DNA of 57,671 bases, filler included, from Sphacelaria rigidula (lineage: Eukaryota): assembly GCA_964200075.2 (NCBI GenBank). It is 6 parts of 6 records of this genome, joined end to end, with 100 filler letters (N's around TTAATTAATTAA, not from the genome) between each part and the next. Parts side by side here need not be neighbours in the genome. Positions count along the whole stretch, not along the records: positions 38,516 to 48,043 come from CAXNAA020008289.1; positions 48,144 to 57,671 come from CAXNAA020008290.1; 4 more parts are not named here. One strand, written 5' to 3'. The notes below the pieces were generated by a model that saw only the letters and a list, made by a program, of their open reading frames with translations, was not told the DNA's origin and made no database searches. Position 1 is the first letter of the stretch. Each line of letters begins with the position of its first letter. Below are positions 38,584 through 51,194 of this stretch, piece by piece. The position numbers were made by a program, and so were the translations under genes.

Positions 38584-39832
38584 GAAGTGAGAAGATGGGA
38601 AATACAAAATCACACTGGTCGGAAAAATAAGGTATTGGCGCGTGGAGGAATTGCTTCAGAGAGGGAGACAAATAACCCGACGGGGGCAATATTTGTCATC
38701 CCACCAAGATATCAAATAGCTCTGAATCATCCATACGCACTACGAGTAGACATACATGAATGATGTATCGTGGAGATTCGTCTTCGTATGTATGCAGGCG
38801 TTCGTTTTGTGCATACCACATGGTATGGCATTCACGAGAAAAGTATCTCAACTCGAGGTTCTCGATATATTTGACAATAATCCAATGTAAAATATATCGG
38901 GAACCTCGAGTTGAGATACCTCTAAAAGATGCTTTTCGCCGTCCTCTCTTCCCTGACTTTCCAGGAGCACTAGTGGGCGTCTGCGTAGAATAGCGGATGT
39001 TCTCGATCCCGCCAACGCTACAACGTAGGTGCTGCCGCTGTCTAGGCACGAGTTGCGAGAATCGAGGTTAACGCCGTCACATCGCTCTTTCCACACGTAC
39101 ACAGAAAAAAAATGAGGAAAAACTGTTGTGGGTCCGGCGGAGCAGAAGGTCTGCTTCATGGATGCGGAGCAGGACTGCACCACAGGTTGTCAAGATCTTA
39201 GTACTAGCTCCATGCGTGCCAGGCTTCCTCTCGGAGCAATACTTCCAATTGGGATGCGTTATCAACGGTAGGTGGATTATATTGTCATCCGCATTTGAAG
39301 GTCAACTGGCGCTGAGTGCAATCACCACCCCTGGATGACAACAAACCGCGCATCGCTTGGTCTGCTTCGTCTCGAAAGGGATGCCCGGTCAACGGTCAAA
39401 TGACCAAGGCAAGCAACAAAGGAGTACGCTGCCCCCCCCCCCCCCCTATGACCTGCAAGCCCTGAATCATGATTTTCGTTCCACAAACGCAGTTACGTTT
39501 CACATATAATTTGTCATGGTCGCTCCAGGATCGAGTTCCGGCATCTGGCGCCCCAAGTGTATCTGAAAATAGTAAACCACAGTGAATGGAGAGTAATCTT
39601 ACACAGCTCAGAACAGATGATGAAAACATGTCACACCCTGGACAATGGATTCTACTGTAAAAAATGTACTGCGTACAGTATGGAATCTATTGTATGTTGC
39701 AACAGGCGCAATAGTCGATACTGTACGCAGTACATTTTTGACTGTGTGTTCTATTGTCCAGAGTGTGAAACATATGCAAACTCCGAAACCTTAGAAACCA
39801 TGCAATGTGCCTTTTATCCCGGTCTTTCTCAC

Positions 39833-40050
39833 CTGGTAAGAGAGCCAAGCGTGAGACAAAAGCCGAGCGTCAGGCAAACTCCGAAACCGAGCATGCGACC
39901 TTGGTATGACATTGACGGGCAGCAGTTACAGCATTGCTCCTCCATCTCCTGCATCGTGGTTTTCTCTTCTGGCTCGCCGCCTAGAAGTCTCCTCGAGCTC
40001 GCCTTCATGCTCTCGTACGCCTTGAAAACGTCAACAACGCGCGAGCACAT
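39833..40050 (-). CDS. SFT2: SFT2-like (Got1/Sft2 family) vesicle transport protein, first coding exon (start Met uncertain)
   Basis: Reads ...EEKTTMQEMEEQCCNCCPSMSYQGRMLGFGVCLTLGFCLTLGSLT then AG|gtgaga (donor). This matches the SFT2D1/2 LSYxxRxxGFxxCxxxG motif. A pyrimidine-rich acceptor lies at 40093-40092. Confidence 0.82.
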
Positions 40051-40599
40051 ACGCTTCAGATCTTGTACTTTGGTAGCATTATGCCGAACAACTTGATGGG
40101 CGATGATGTGAGAGACGAGGAGGAGACATAGTGTGAGTCCTTGTAGTTCGTGCCGCATGTTCATGCAATAAATCTGACGCCCTTCGCCGTCAAAAATGAC
40201 GAGTCGAGAGTTAACCAAGCTGATAAGTCACCGGTTTGCACGTATCATCTCGGTTTGCACAGCAGCTCCTGTAGGATTGGATATAGAGGCTCGACAATGC
40301 AGTCCCACTCAACTCACTTGAAGCGGCAGTGCTCAACGATAGGTCAGTTGTCGACGCCGTTCGAACAGCTGTCCGGCCGTATAGTACTGTATCACACAAC
40401 GCCAGATGTGGCTGTAGACATTGTGGACGTTACTTCCACGCTATCGGTCACGCTATTTGGCTGTTGTCTTATGCCACAGAATCCAGTAGAAAGTGAAAAA
40501 CTGCCCAACGGATCAATACGGTTTCGATGTGCCCCCTTTTTTTCCGCCCTACTTTCACCCCCCCCCCCCCCCCCGTCATTCCTCAGGAAGAGCACTTGG

Positions 40600-40845
40600 T
40601 CTCTAGGGATCAACCCGTATCTCCCAATACCTGCCAACCACTTTGTCATCGAGTATTGGATTGGATCAGTGCCACGCACCCCGCCGACCCTCATCGGCTT
40701 TTATTTTGGCTACTCGCGCCCTCAAAATGTTAACGGCAGGAACCAGATTGTGCTCATAAAGATTGTATCTGTTGTGATTCGAACCCGCAGCCTTCCGCCC
40801 TAATCGACGAGCTACGGTATGATGTAGGGGCATTACGCACGCCCA
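40600..40845 (-). mobile_element. Possible second SINE family
   Basis: B-box GGGTTCGAATC on - (40786-40776) without a tRNA cloverleaf. Boundaries are approximate. Confidence 0.35.
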
Positions 40846-40852
40846 AATATGA

Positions 40853-40951
40853 CCCTTTGACCGCCATGGTGGGCAATCTGGGACCTGCACTCATTTTTCG
40901 AGTTGGAATTATGCCCATTCCAACAGCTGACAACTCCTGGTGGTCAAAGGG
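40853..40951. mobile_element. piggyBac-like MITE
   Basis: CCCTTTGACCGCCA ... TGGTGGTCAAAGGG followed by TTAA. The left flank is ATGA. Confidence 0.6.
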
Positions 40952-43900
40952 TTAAGGGGGTGGCTTCGTACAAGTGGAAATAATGCGACGGGATTTAGCT
41001 TGAGGTCGTTGTATCTTCGAATAACGTTCAAGCGAGTCACCACGAATGCTGACCTTCGCGTCTTCCTCCATCCTCAAATACTCCAACCGCGTTTTGTGGA
41101 TCACATGGCCAGCACGCCCCGACCACTAGCATGGCCTCCGCGGTCTATGCGCGAAATTTCAAAGCGGTAGAATCTACCCATGCTGAACCTCTGGACTCGG
41201 GTGACCTAACGCTCCCACTGGTCTGCGTGTGGAGGCATGGTGGGCTTGCTGTTCTCATCGAAAAATCCAAATGCACAAGAAAAAGTGTGCGTCTCAAATC
41301 CATGATATGAGCAAAAGAAGAAAAATGAACGGCCGAGAGGGCAGGATCAACCACTAAAAAGCATAAGCAATGCGCGCGATTTACTCTTTTATTTTTTCCA
41401 ATGTATGCGCCCGTCACCATTCATATTTGCTGGGAAGCGTGTGGCCGTGCAAACACGCCTAATTGATTCGCGTTGCGTGCCAATTAACATGGATTGAGAA
41501 CGAGTCATGTGAACCAAGACAAGATAAAATAGATTTCGGCTGTTTTTTTTTTTTTTTTTTTTTTTTACTCTTCTTGGGATTAAACAGAAAGAAACCCCCC
41601 CGGTTTAATTTTATTAAAAATTTATTACATCNNNNNNNNNNTCCAAATGCCAGGTTTTCACACCGTGTATTGTGCACGAGGAGAGGATAAAATAGATTTC
41701 GGTTGTTTTTTTTTTTTTTTTTTTTTGCCTCAATCTCCTTGGCTTCAGACAGAGAGAAACCCCCCTGTCTAAATCTCATACACATTTCATACAACTGGTG
41801 GTGACATTGTTGTACTATAAGATCCGCTGTGTACACTGATCAGTGGATTTCGAATTAGTGGAGCGTGTCTGCGTGGCCAAATGCTTTCCAGCATGTATTT
41901 ACAGTGAGGGACGCATACGCTGAAAAAAAACGAGAGGGCAAACCGCGTGCATTATTTTCACACTCCTCCTCCCCCCCCTCAGCTTAAATTATCCTAAACT
42001 GACACAAGGTTGGTCGCAATCTGGGTTCCGAGGTGATCGCAACAAGCTGGGTTCAAAGAGGTCGGGCCACCTCGTCATGCCTCATTTTTGATCGATACAA
42101 GGTTTCGAAATACCACCCCTCTTCACGGAATTGCTCCTTCAAAGGCAACACGCATTGATATTACCTGACGAGGGAAAGGCTGACAGCCAAATCACGTGAA
42201 GCCCCATCCGCCAAGTCATAACTCGAACATCAATCGGTGTTTGATATTATCCTTGCCACGTGTGCTGTCATACCGTAGATCATGCGCTGTCCTGGAGTGA
42301 TTTCATTGATCAATGGATTGTTGCAGATCAACATTAATTTATCCGCCACGAATCCAGCCGTGGTCACAAGGTAGACTTATCCAAGGTAGAGTCGTGCTCG
42401 AGTAGGGGTGCACAATAATATTCTGAGGCTTGAATTAAGAGTTCTCAATCTCACCCCAAACACTACTTATGATATATGTGAGCACGAGCACGCCACGGTT
42501 ACAGCATTCCGATGGGCTAGAGATATCCCGAATGAATTTGAAGACGGGCATGTCCTGACCCACATTTTCACGTATTGTAGCTCCCAACTCTAGGAGCCCC
42601 TGAATGAGAGGGACCTGGGCCCAAATGTGTTTGTTACCCCTACCGTAGCATACCTTGGTATATTAATGTCAAGACTCGCTACTACAGACGGTAGCAGCAC
42701 TTTCTGTGTGGAGGGAACTCGAGGAAGGGAGAATATGAAGGAAGAGAGAACAGACTACGAGTGCTCGCACTGTAAACGGCGGAGGAGCAACAAGAAAAAG
42801 GGAAGAAGATGAGAGGAAAACGCCATACTATTAATGGTAAGTTCTAGCATTGCACCAAACGCTTTTCCTAACCCCCTCACGTGATAAGTACAAGTGTGAG
42901 CGTAGTAAAACGAACTAGGGTTCAACTCACAGTCTCCTGACGGAGGAGTTGGTGGAAGCCTGCCGCACGGCTTCAGGTCACGGAGGCCTCACGTACAATC
43001 GATTTAAATAAAAGCTATTATACGAGTGCAAGTGTACGAGGGGCACGATCGCAGTGATCATACCTTTTTGTACCAATTGCAATGTACCCTCGAGTTTCGA
43101 GTTCGAGTTTCGAGTAGGTCAACCGCCAACATTCAAAAATGCATATATCCGAAGCAAAGACCGTAAAACGTGAGCAAAGCTATTGCCGCATTCTAGGACT
43201 GGAATAAAGAGTAGAGACCTTACGGATACCGTAAACAGGCGACGGCAGTCTGTACCGGAGTGCTGCAAGCCTTTGCTGGGTCATAATGTGCCCGGAGCAG
43301 CTGTAGGTGATTGTACAGCATATTTCTCCGCGTGGTGTAGGGAATACTGGCTGCAGAACGTGCTGAATATTTTTGCGCGGAGGTGAAAGTTGTTGCACAG
43401 ACAACTATTTTATCAACTTACATCGTCCATATTTGAAGTCCGAGGTATACACTAGCAAAGCTGCGCGCTGCCTGTACCCTTAGAGCGAGTAGAAGCTCAA
43501 CGCCGGCCAACAACAACACACAAACACCAGTAGTTTTTCATCGTCACATTGGGCTGCCTCGCGGGTATCGCCGTCAATCATTAATCCTCGAACTTCAAAC
43601 CACTTAATTTGCCTCCACGGTTGTCATTGCACCTCTTCGTGTACTAAGCTTACTGACGACTGCTCCAAGATCCGAGAGATAGTTTTCGATATATTAAATA
43701 TTATCGGTCAAGCGCATCGTCGCCAGGATTGTGACCTCACTGTGAGCGCTTCATCATTATTTTCCAACTGAAAATATAATAGCTGCTAAGAAACCGGAGA
43801 TTGCTCACCCTAGCGGTGAGACGGGAATTTACCCTTTATGTTTCGACTGACAAGATGGCTCAATCGATTCTTGCGGTGTTTTCGAATATATAAAGGGGAA

Positions 43901-45600
43901 GTCGCATACCAGAAACTACCACAGTATTCTTATTTAGTATACTGTGCGTTATCTGTCACTTATGTACTCATCTTTGATGGTTCACTTTACAGTATGACCG
44001 ACGATAGTATTGATACCGAAAGTGATGACCAGAAACACAATGTTTCGGATTCTAGGCGAACGGTTTGGATTACGTATAGGTTTGGATATATGAGCGGCTG
44101 CTCGGCCTGAGCGGAACGTACAACATGTTTCGATATCAACCCAGCGATCCCAGGTGTTCTATGACCGGATATGAAGGTAGCCTTACACCAGATGAAGAGG
44201 TACGTGGAGAGAGCACAACAACATGTAGTGCAACCGAACACACCTCGACCATTAACTCACTCACTTTCAGCGTAGGTCATCTGGGTTTGGGTTCTGCATT
44301 CACTTCTCAAGTTAAAATGATGCCGATTCAATGAATGACAACACAGTACATTACAGTACCCTGGTGATCAAGGAGTGTGACCCGTGACACGAGGCATCTT
44401 GACGGACCGCTTGCGTATTTCTCGTGGACAGCAACCGTGTTGGATTATTGTCGGTCCTAGTCTCATCTCTTGTACTACGCACAACAACACAGTCAGTCCA
44501 GTGTGGACAGCGGCTCTAAAGGCCCTAGCAGTGCAAATTACTTCAAAGTTTGGGCTTGGTTTGTGAAGATTCGAAGATTCCATGATACGATACACCATCC
44601 ATACCCAGATCTCTCGGGATTTTTCAAAACGGGGACACAGAGGGATCGGCGCAGACCCCGCAGCAAATGACGGTACATACAGTGAAACCACTCTGCCATG
44701 TGCTCGGTTGAAAGAGGATCCTGTGTAAAGTCGACTCAAGGCCAGACCGCCCACATGCGTTCGTTCGTCATGAGCGATCGGCGTGAAAAGCTTCTCTCAA
44801 AATTCGGCCTCAGAGGTTTACTGCACTGAGACGGACTACTGTACAGTATACCGAAGAATGCTGGAAGTTTGGTGACGTATTGTATCCTACCGTACCGTGG
44901 TCAGATTCGGCTTAGTGTCGTGTACCTGGGGTACGGACAGTACAGCCAGTGCAGAGCAGACAGTGCGCACGGTGTGTATTCATTCGTTCTGGGCTGGAGA
45001 CTGTCTTGGTTCGAGGGGGGGCGCGCGCGAGGGGTATGACGCCTCTGCACTATTTTTCTGTTCCTATGGGGTACTGTGTTGTATATAACTGAGGTGTTGA
45101 TGCCATTGCGAGGGCTTCGCCCTCCTCTTGAAAAATGTCGACATCTATCCGATACAAAATATTGTCCATTACTAGCGACCCCGTGCTTGGAGCGCAGCTG
45201 CTCTGCGTTGCCAGGCACTACGTACAGGGCAGGACCGCACGACAGTGCGGGGGATGTTGGCTCTCCTGAGCGTGACCAACAAGTTTTGAAGGGCACAGAG
45301 TCAGGGCATGTCTGAAGGCTGTGTCTTGCCGATTAAGAAAAAACAAGCACGAAGAAGAACAAGCGTCCGAAGCAGCATCTTGATTGACCGTCGCGGGCGG
45401 GTGAATACGGTTGCGGCGTGAGTAGTCAACATGCTGCCTTTGGACGCTTGTTCCTCTTCTTGCTTGTTTTTTTCTGTCTCGGTAAGACACGGCCAACTCT
45501 TAGGGCGTGTCGTGTCACATTATTTCATGATCGAAAATTTGTGGTGCAAAGGAAAACTCCGATCTGATAGGTCGTCATTTCAACTAATACGTCGTGTTAA

Positions 45601-45701
45601 CCCTTTGACTGCGAGGGTTGGATCATCTGCTGAATCGGCATCAATCTCGACTCGAAAAAAAGTATGCATGGTCCAGATGGATTGCCCTCGCGGTCTAGGG
45701 G
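45601..45701. mobile_element. piggyBac-like MITE
   Basis: TTAA|CCCTTTGACTGCGAGGG ... CCCTCGCGGTCTAGGGG|TTAC. A related end occurs at 28893 (TTAACCCTTGGACCGCGG). Confidence 0.6.
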
Positions 45702-46084
45702 TTACGCTACTACCCCTAGGTGTGGGAGGAGGAGTCTCGGAGGACACGGACTTGGGACTTGCCTAGACAGTTCGTTCTTGTGTGGAGAGAGACTCCAGGG
45801 TCGAGATGAGAAGTGCCTCGAGGGGTCACAGTGACAGGTGCCACGTCGAGTTGTGGAGTATGACTATAACTCCGGGGACGGGATAGACAATGACCCGAGG
45901 TGACAGATTAGTGTTCCAGAGGGAACGTTCCCGAAACTATGCCGGAGACATGAACATTCATGGAACGAAGCGGAGGGATCCATAAGATATTCTCGGAGCT
46001 ATGCCGAGGGAGATGTAGTCCCGTCGCCGTTGCGGACACTTGTAAGACTTGTGGACTACCCTGGTACTCACATCGTCTCTTTCA

Positions 46085-47138
46085 GAGATGGTTGAAATCA
46101 CGATCTATCAGATCGGGATTTTTGTTTTCCACCGCACTTTTTCGATCGGAAAATGACATGCTAATAAGACCCGGCCTTGATCGGAGTTTTCCTTTTGCAT
46201 CGCAATTTTTCGATCGAAAAATAATGTGCGAAGACACGCCCTTAGGCTACTTCTTGTGTACAAAAAAAAAAAGTTGTTGAAAAGTGTATTTTTGACCCTT
46301 CTCCGTCGTTTTTCCCCCGAAAAGAGGGCTAGGCGGCTGTTGACACGTTGGAATAACTTGCTCTACTCGCTGAGACGGTTCCAGAGCACACACGCGTTTC
46401 CCGTAGGTCACGGTTTCGTTTTTGGCCAAACTTGCATTTTCGATAACAAACGGTCAAGCTACCGAAAAAATGTCAGTTTTCCCCCTGTTTTTAGATAACT
46501 TGACCGTTTGTTATCGAAAATGCAAGTTTGGCCAAAAACGAAACTGTGACCTACGGGAAACGCGTGTGTGCTCTGGAACCGTCTCAGCGAGTAGAGCAAG
46601 TCATTCCAACGTGTCAACAGCCGCCTAGCCCTCTTTTCGGGGGAAGAACGACTGAGAAGGGCCAAAAATCCACTTGTCAACAAGTTTTATTTTTCGATAC
46701 ATATGAAGAAGTGCTCTACTCGCTGAGACAGTCCCAGAGCACCTTTGCGTTTCCCGTAGGTCACGGTTTCGTTTTTGGCCATACTTGCATTTTCAATAAC
46801 CGTCAAGTTACCAAAAAAATGTCAGTTTCCCCCCTGTTTTTAGATAACTTGACCGTTTGTTATTGAAAATGCAAGTGTGACCGAAAATGAAACCGTGACC
46901 TACGGGAAACGCGAAGGTGCTCTGGGACCGTCTCAGCGAGTAGGACAAGTCATTCCAACGTGTCAACAGCCGCCGAGTCCTCTTTTCGGGGGAAAAACAA
47001 CGGAGAAGGGCCAAAAATGCACTTTTCAACAAGTTTTATGGTTCGATACATAAAGTAGCCTTAGCACACAATTTTCGATGAAAAACGTGCGGTGGAAAAC
47101 AAGAATCCGATCTCATTGGTCGTGATTTCAACCATCGT
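46085..47138. mobile_element. Foldback element with TIRs and two internal large palindromes
   Basis: TIRs GATGGTTGAAATCACGA...TTTTCCACCGCAC / GTGCGGTGGAAAA...TCGTGATTTCAACCATC. The internal arm is repeated in alternating orientation (46270-46685 and 46712-47032). A new TIR starts at about 47151. Confidence 0.8.
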
Positions 47139-48043
47139 CAAACATAAGTTACGATGGTTGAAATCACGACGTATTAGATCTGAGTCTTCCTTTTCCACCG
47201 CACATATTGGATGGAAAAATACTGACTGTGCTACAGGCTGGTTCAGGTTGACCGAGCGGAACTTACTCCCCAGCGATTACTAACGCTGTTTTTCGGAGTT
47301 GGACCCTGCAATTTTGCATACGGATGCTCTGAGATATTTAAAGGGCTGCATGAGTGTGGTATTTCGCCCTTTTTTTTTTTTTCGCCAGATATCCGGGACC
47401 CCAGGAGGGGTGGACAGCCCTTCAAAATATCTCAGAGCACCTGTGAGCAAAATTTCAGGGTCTAACTCCAAAAAACAGCGTGAGCAATTGACCGTTCCCC
47501 CAATCTTGATTATGGTATGCCGTCGATGTTTTCCTTGTGCGTTTGAGCTTAAATCGTCCGTTTGGAATCAGCTTGTCGAGTTACGTAACGAAGCTTTGTA
47601 CAGACGTTCCTTGGACTACCCCGGGATGGGTCAATTTGAATTTGGTATTATGAAGCCATCTGAACCGACTTCAGGGGGTCCTAAGGTAGGGACCCCCCGG
47701 AACCCGGTAGAGACTGGATAAACTCTGAATATTCCACAACGTTTTTTTTCCCTATGCGTAGCACCCATATTTATCAAACTGCCAACTCTGAGGATGATCG
47801 GAGATTTTTTAGGAAAACTACAAGGGAAAAAGTCAAGAGGCCTTTTTGGTCTCTGATGCATATCATTAGTGGGAATCCGACGACGGCGAAACCCCACATC
47901 ACCGAAATACCATATTTTGGGGTAAAACTCGGTCCCATACAAACCGTTTTCGAATCTGTTTTTTGCGTCTGATTCCTTAGCTAAGGCCGGATGTTATGGC
48001 ACACAGATTTTTGGCCCACGGATTGTTCACTTTTGGGACGTCT

Positions 48044-48143
48044 NNNNNNNNNNNNNNNNNNNNNNNNNNNNNNNNNNNNNNNNNNNNTTAATTAATTAAN
48101 NNNNNNNNNNNNNNNNNNNNNNNNNNNNNNNNNNNNNNNNNNN
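48044..48143. other. Artificial contig spacer
   Basis: N-TTAATTAATTAA-N, 100 nt. Confidence 0.97.
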
Positions 48144-49069
48144 CGAAAGGGATGCGTGGTCAATGGTCAAATGACTAAGGCAAGCAACAAATGAGTACGC
48201 CTCCTCCTATATCCGTGGAGAATATTGCAGCGGATGAACAGTGGCTGTGAGGAGCATTAACTTTCGCAGAAAGAGATGCGAAAGTAGTTTGCACGGACGC
48301 TAATTTGGCTGAGACAGGGTAGAACACGTAGTCTCACCTTAAAGCAGAGAATTGCTGTAGATTGGGAAGAGCGGGGGGGGGATCGAAATCGTGACCTACC
48401 TTCAAGATTCAATCTCTCTTGGGATACAAAATAGTTCTGCATCACTGGACGTACGTCAATCCAGACTGTATCTTCTAGATTGCATCGTTTTCTTCAAGCT
48501 GTTTCTGATGTGTTTGTTGGGTTAGCTCTGACACTATATCTACTTTATGGTACGTATTCTAGTTGCTTGGCGACATTGTTCTGCCGTAGGCACCTTTCTC
48601 GGTATATTTCCTCAACCAAGAGCGAGGTCAAGTATATCTACTAAACAAATACAGGTGTTTGATTATGTTGAACAACCACAAGTTGTACCGCACATCCGCT
48701 ACAGAGCTGTAGTTCACACAAACGAGACATACACCACGTTGTTTTGATTTGCACTAGCGACTTGGTTTCAGATACGGCTGGCGTTACTGTAACCTGCCTC
48801 TCTGAATCTGCTGTGAGCTACGCTGCTAATCTACTTATTACCTACGGTGTCCGGCTGTTGTAGACCGTAGCGGCATATTTCTACTGCAATATCGTTCATT
48901 GGCCGAAGACTCCTGGACTACTACATGGTTGTTTATTTTTCGAACCTACACAACAATATATACTACACTTTGCTGGTACTTGGATCGCATGGATAGGAGG
49001 GAGGGGTGCATTTTGAGCCATTTTTCCCCACGAAATTTCACTTCAAATTATCGTTGAAAGCAGCAATGG

Positions 49070-49280
49070 TGTAATGCGTGAGAGGACCGCGTGCTTAGAG
49101 GACAGCATCCTACTTCGAAACACCTCAAGGTCGACGTTTTTCGAAACCAATCGGGCCAGTCCCTACAGAGACCACGCCCCGGAATCTAACCCCAACACCA
49201 ACCCTTATCCTAACCCTAACCATAGGGATGTTCAACTTCGGATGCGGTCCTCTGAGAAGGCGGTCCTTCCACGCATTACA
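49070..49280 (+). mobile_element. MITE with 41-bp TIRs carrying CCCTAA repeats, copy 1
   Basis: TGTAATGCGTGAGAGGACCGC ... GCGGTCCTTCCACGCATTACA, with internal tcctaaccctaaccatagg. Confidence 0.8.
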
Positions 49281-50540
49281 ACGGTTTGTCGGAACGCGCC
49301 TGTGATCGATAGGAAACGCTCATCATACTGCTTGACGCCTTTTGAACCCAACCGCATGCGCACAGCAAGTGTATTAGATCGCCTGACACACCTGCGAGTC
49401 TTTTGTTTCGTGGAAACAACCGGCCCACCCTATCGTAGAATGACTCCTCAGATGTGATGTGGGACTCTTCTCCCTGATCAAAGCATCACAGCAAAGTAGT
49501 ACTTGGGCTAATTGGTATGTCAAGCTATCAAACGAGACCAACACATATTATATACCGATACGTCGTCAATGCACTTGCTCCATGGTGACACTACTAGTAC
49601 TTGGACAGGGAAATCGCTTTGCCGCGGTACGTGGAATATTTGCCAAAGCTTGGAATAACGGTCCGAGATAACCAATGCTCCTCATGTCTTGCCTTATTGA
49701 AGCGATGAAGCTACAGAAATATCAGAATTATGCTGATTCTGCGCCTAATAGCGCACGCCCCCCTCTCCATATCATGTTCGCCTCTGCAGGGTGGAGTTCC
49801 ATGACTCACTGTCGACTCCATGCATCTTTTTCGAGAACGGGGCAGGATGTGTCCTTAGCAGGATACTTCCTCAGCATGGTTCGGGGGCGAGGGAATATGT
49901 TCCCAAAGACCCGCGAACGCGGGAAGGTGGCGGGGCACCACCGGCGATACCGAGTCGGGACGCACGACTCGGGGTTGTCCCGGGCGGCCTACTGAAGAAC
50001 CTGGTGGCACAGCAGTACTGTGTGGTGACGTTGAGTCGGACGTTCCGATGGCCCACGATTTTCTTCCTCGTGACCACAGGTCAATCTCGCCGTCGTCCGC
50101 AGCGGGACCTGACGCGGTGTCGTCACCCCGCCCCCTGGTACTTGTATGTCGTGATACAAGGTTCCAAACGTATAGGTTACCTTACATGTTTGGCTGAGTT
50201 ATCGTCCGGTTGCCGTTTTCAGTCTTGTACCTGTCGGCTCGCAAAATATCCCTCATGTCTGGGAGGATTGAAAAACAACAGGAATTGGCGTATGCGACAT
50301 ACGCACTGCGCGATGAGGCGGTTGCGACTTGTCTTTGATTTAACCTTCACCAACGTGAATCAAACACAATGGGCTACTTCATGAAACCGCATAAGGTCCG
50401 TCCGTCGAATAACCACTGATAGCAGGAGTCCGGATGCCCCATGTCACCCATTTTCAGATTCAGCTGGTTCCCGAGCACACAGTACATTTGAGGATGCCCG
50501 CACTTGATACTATGTGTGTGTTCGTATCGTCAAATACAAT

Positions 50541-50794
50541 TGTTCTGCGTGGGAGGACCGCATGCTTTTGGTCCGCATGGGGCTTTAAAACACTCCGGGA
50601 CCGATGTTTTTTTAGCCCGCTCGGGCCGGTCCCTGCACGGACCGCGCGCCCCTGACCCTAACCCTAGCACTAACCGTAGCCCTAACCCTGACCCTAACCT
50701 TAACCCTAACCCTAACCCTAACCCTAACCCTAACCATAGGGGGGTTGAAACTCCGATGCGGTCCAGAACGCACGCGGTACTCCCACGCATTGCG
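50541..50794 (+). mobile_element. MITE carrying the longest (CCCTAA)n tract, copy 2
   Basis: Degenerate version of the same TIRs. The imperfect (CCCTAA)n tract spans about 50651-50734. Confidence 0.75.
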
Positions 50795-50983
50795 CTATGT
50801 CGTTGATGTTGGATGAGGGCGTTACGGAATTGAGGGGGAATACGAGACTGGACCAATCACAGAGTTAAGCGTATGGTACTTGTTAATGGTAGATGCGTTC
50901 CATGTTTCATGACATATGTATCGCATATTCACTATTTCCCAGTGAGACAGCAGGTCCACGTCAGGCAGTTCGTTTGGTCACGG

Positions 50984-51194
50984 TGTAATGTGTAAGAGGA
51001 CCGCGTGCTCAGAGGACTGCATCGGAATATGAACATCCCTATGGTTAGGGTTAGGGTGAGGGTTAGTGTTGGGGTTAGGGTCAGGGGCATGGTCCATGCA
51101 GAGACTAGCTCGATTGGTTTTGAAAAACGTCGATCCTGAGGTGTTTTGAACTACGATGCGCTCCCCTAAGCACGCGATCCTCTCACGCATTACA
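50984..51194 (-). mobile_element. MITE carrying TTAGGG repeats, copy 3 (inverted)
   Basis: TGTAATGTGTAAGAGGACCGC ... CTCTCACGCATTACA, with internal ggttagggttaggg. It is 211 bp, the same as copy 1. Confidence 0.8.

Noticed and set aside
45721..46071. Solo LTR (TGTG...CACA)
   Set aside because: No TSD and no second copy in the window.
49790..50384. GC-rich exon-like stretch and 197-aa ORF
   Set aside because: No recognisable product in any frame, and strand and splice boundaries are unresolved.
50651..50734. Chromosome end (telomere)
   Set aside because: The tract is short, internal to a contig and enclosed by MITE TIRs.
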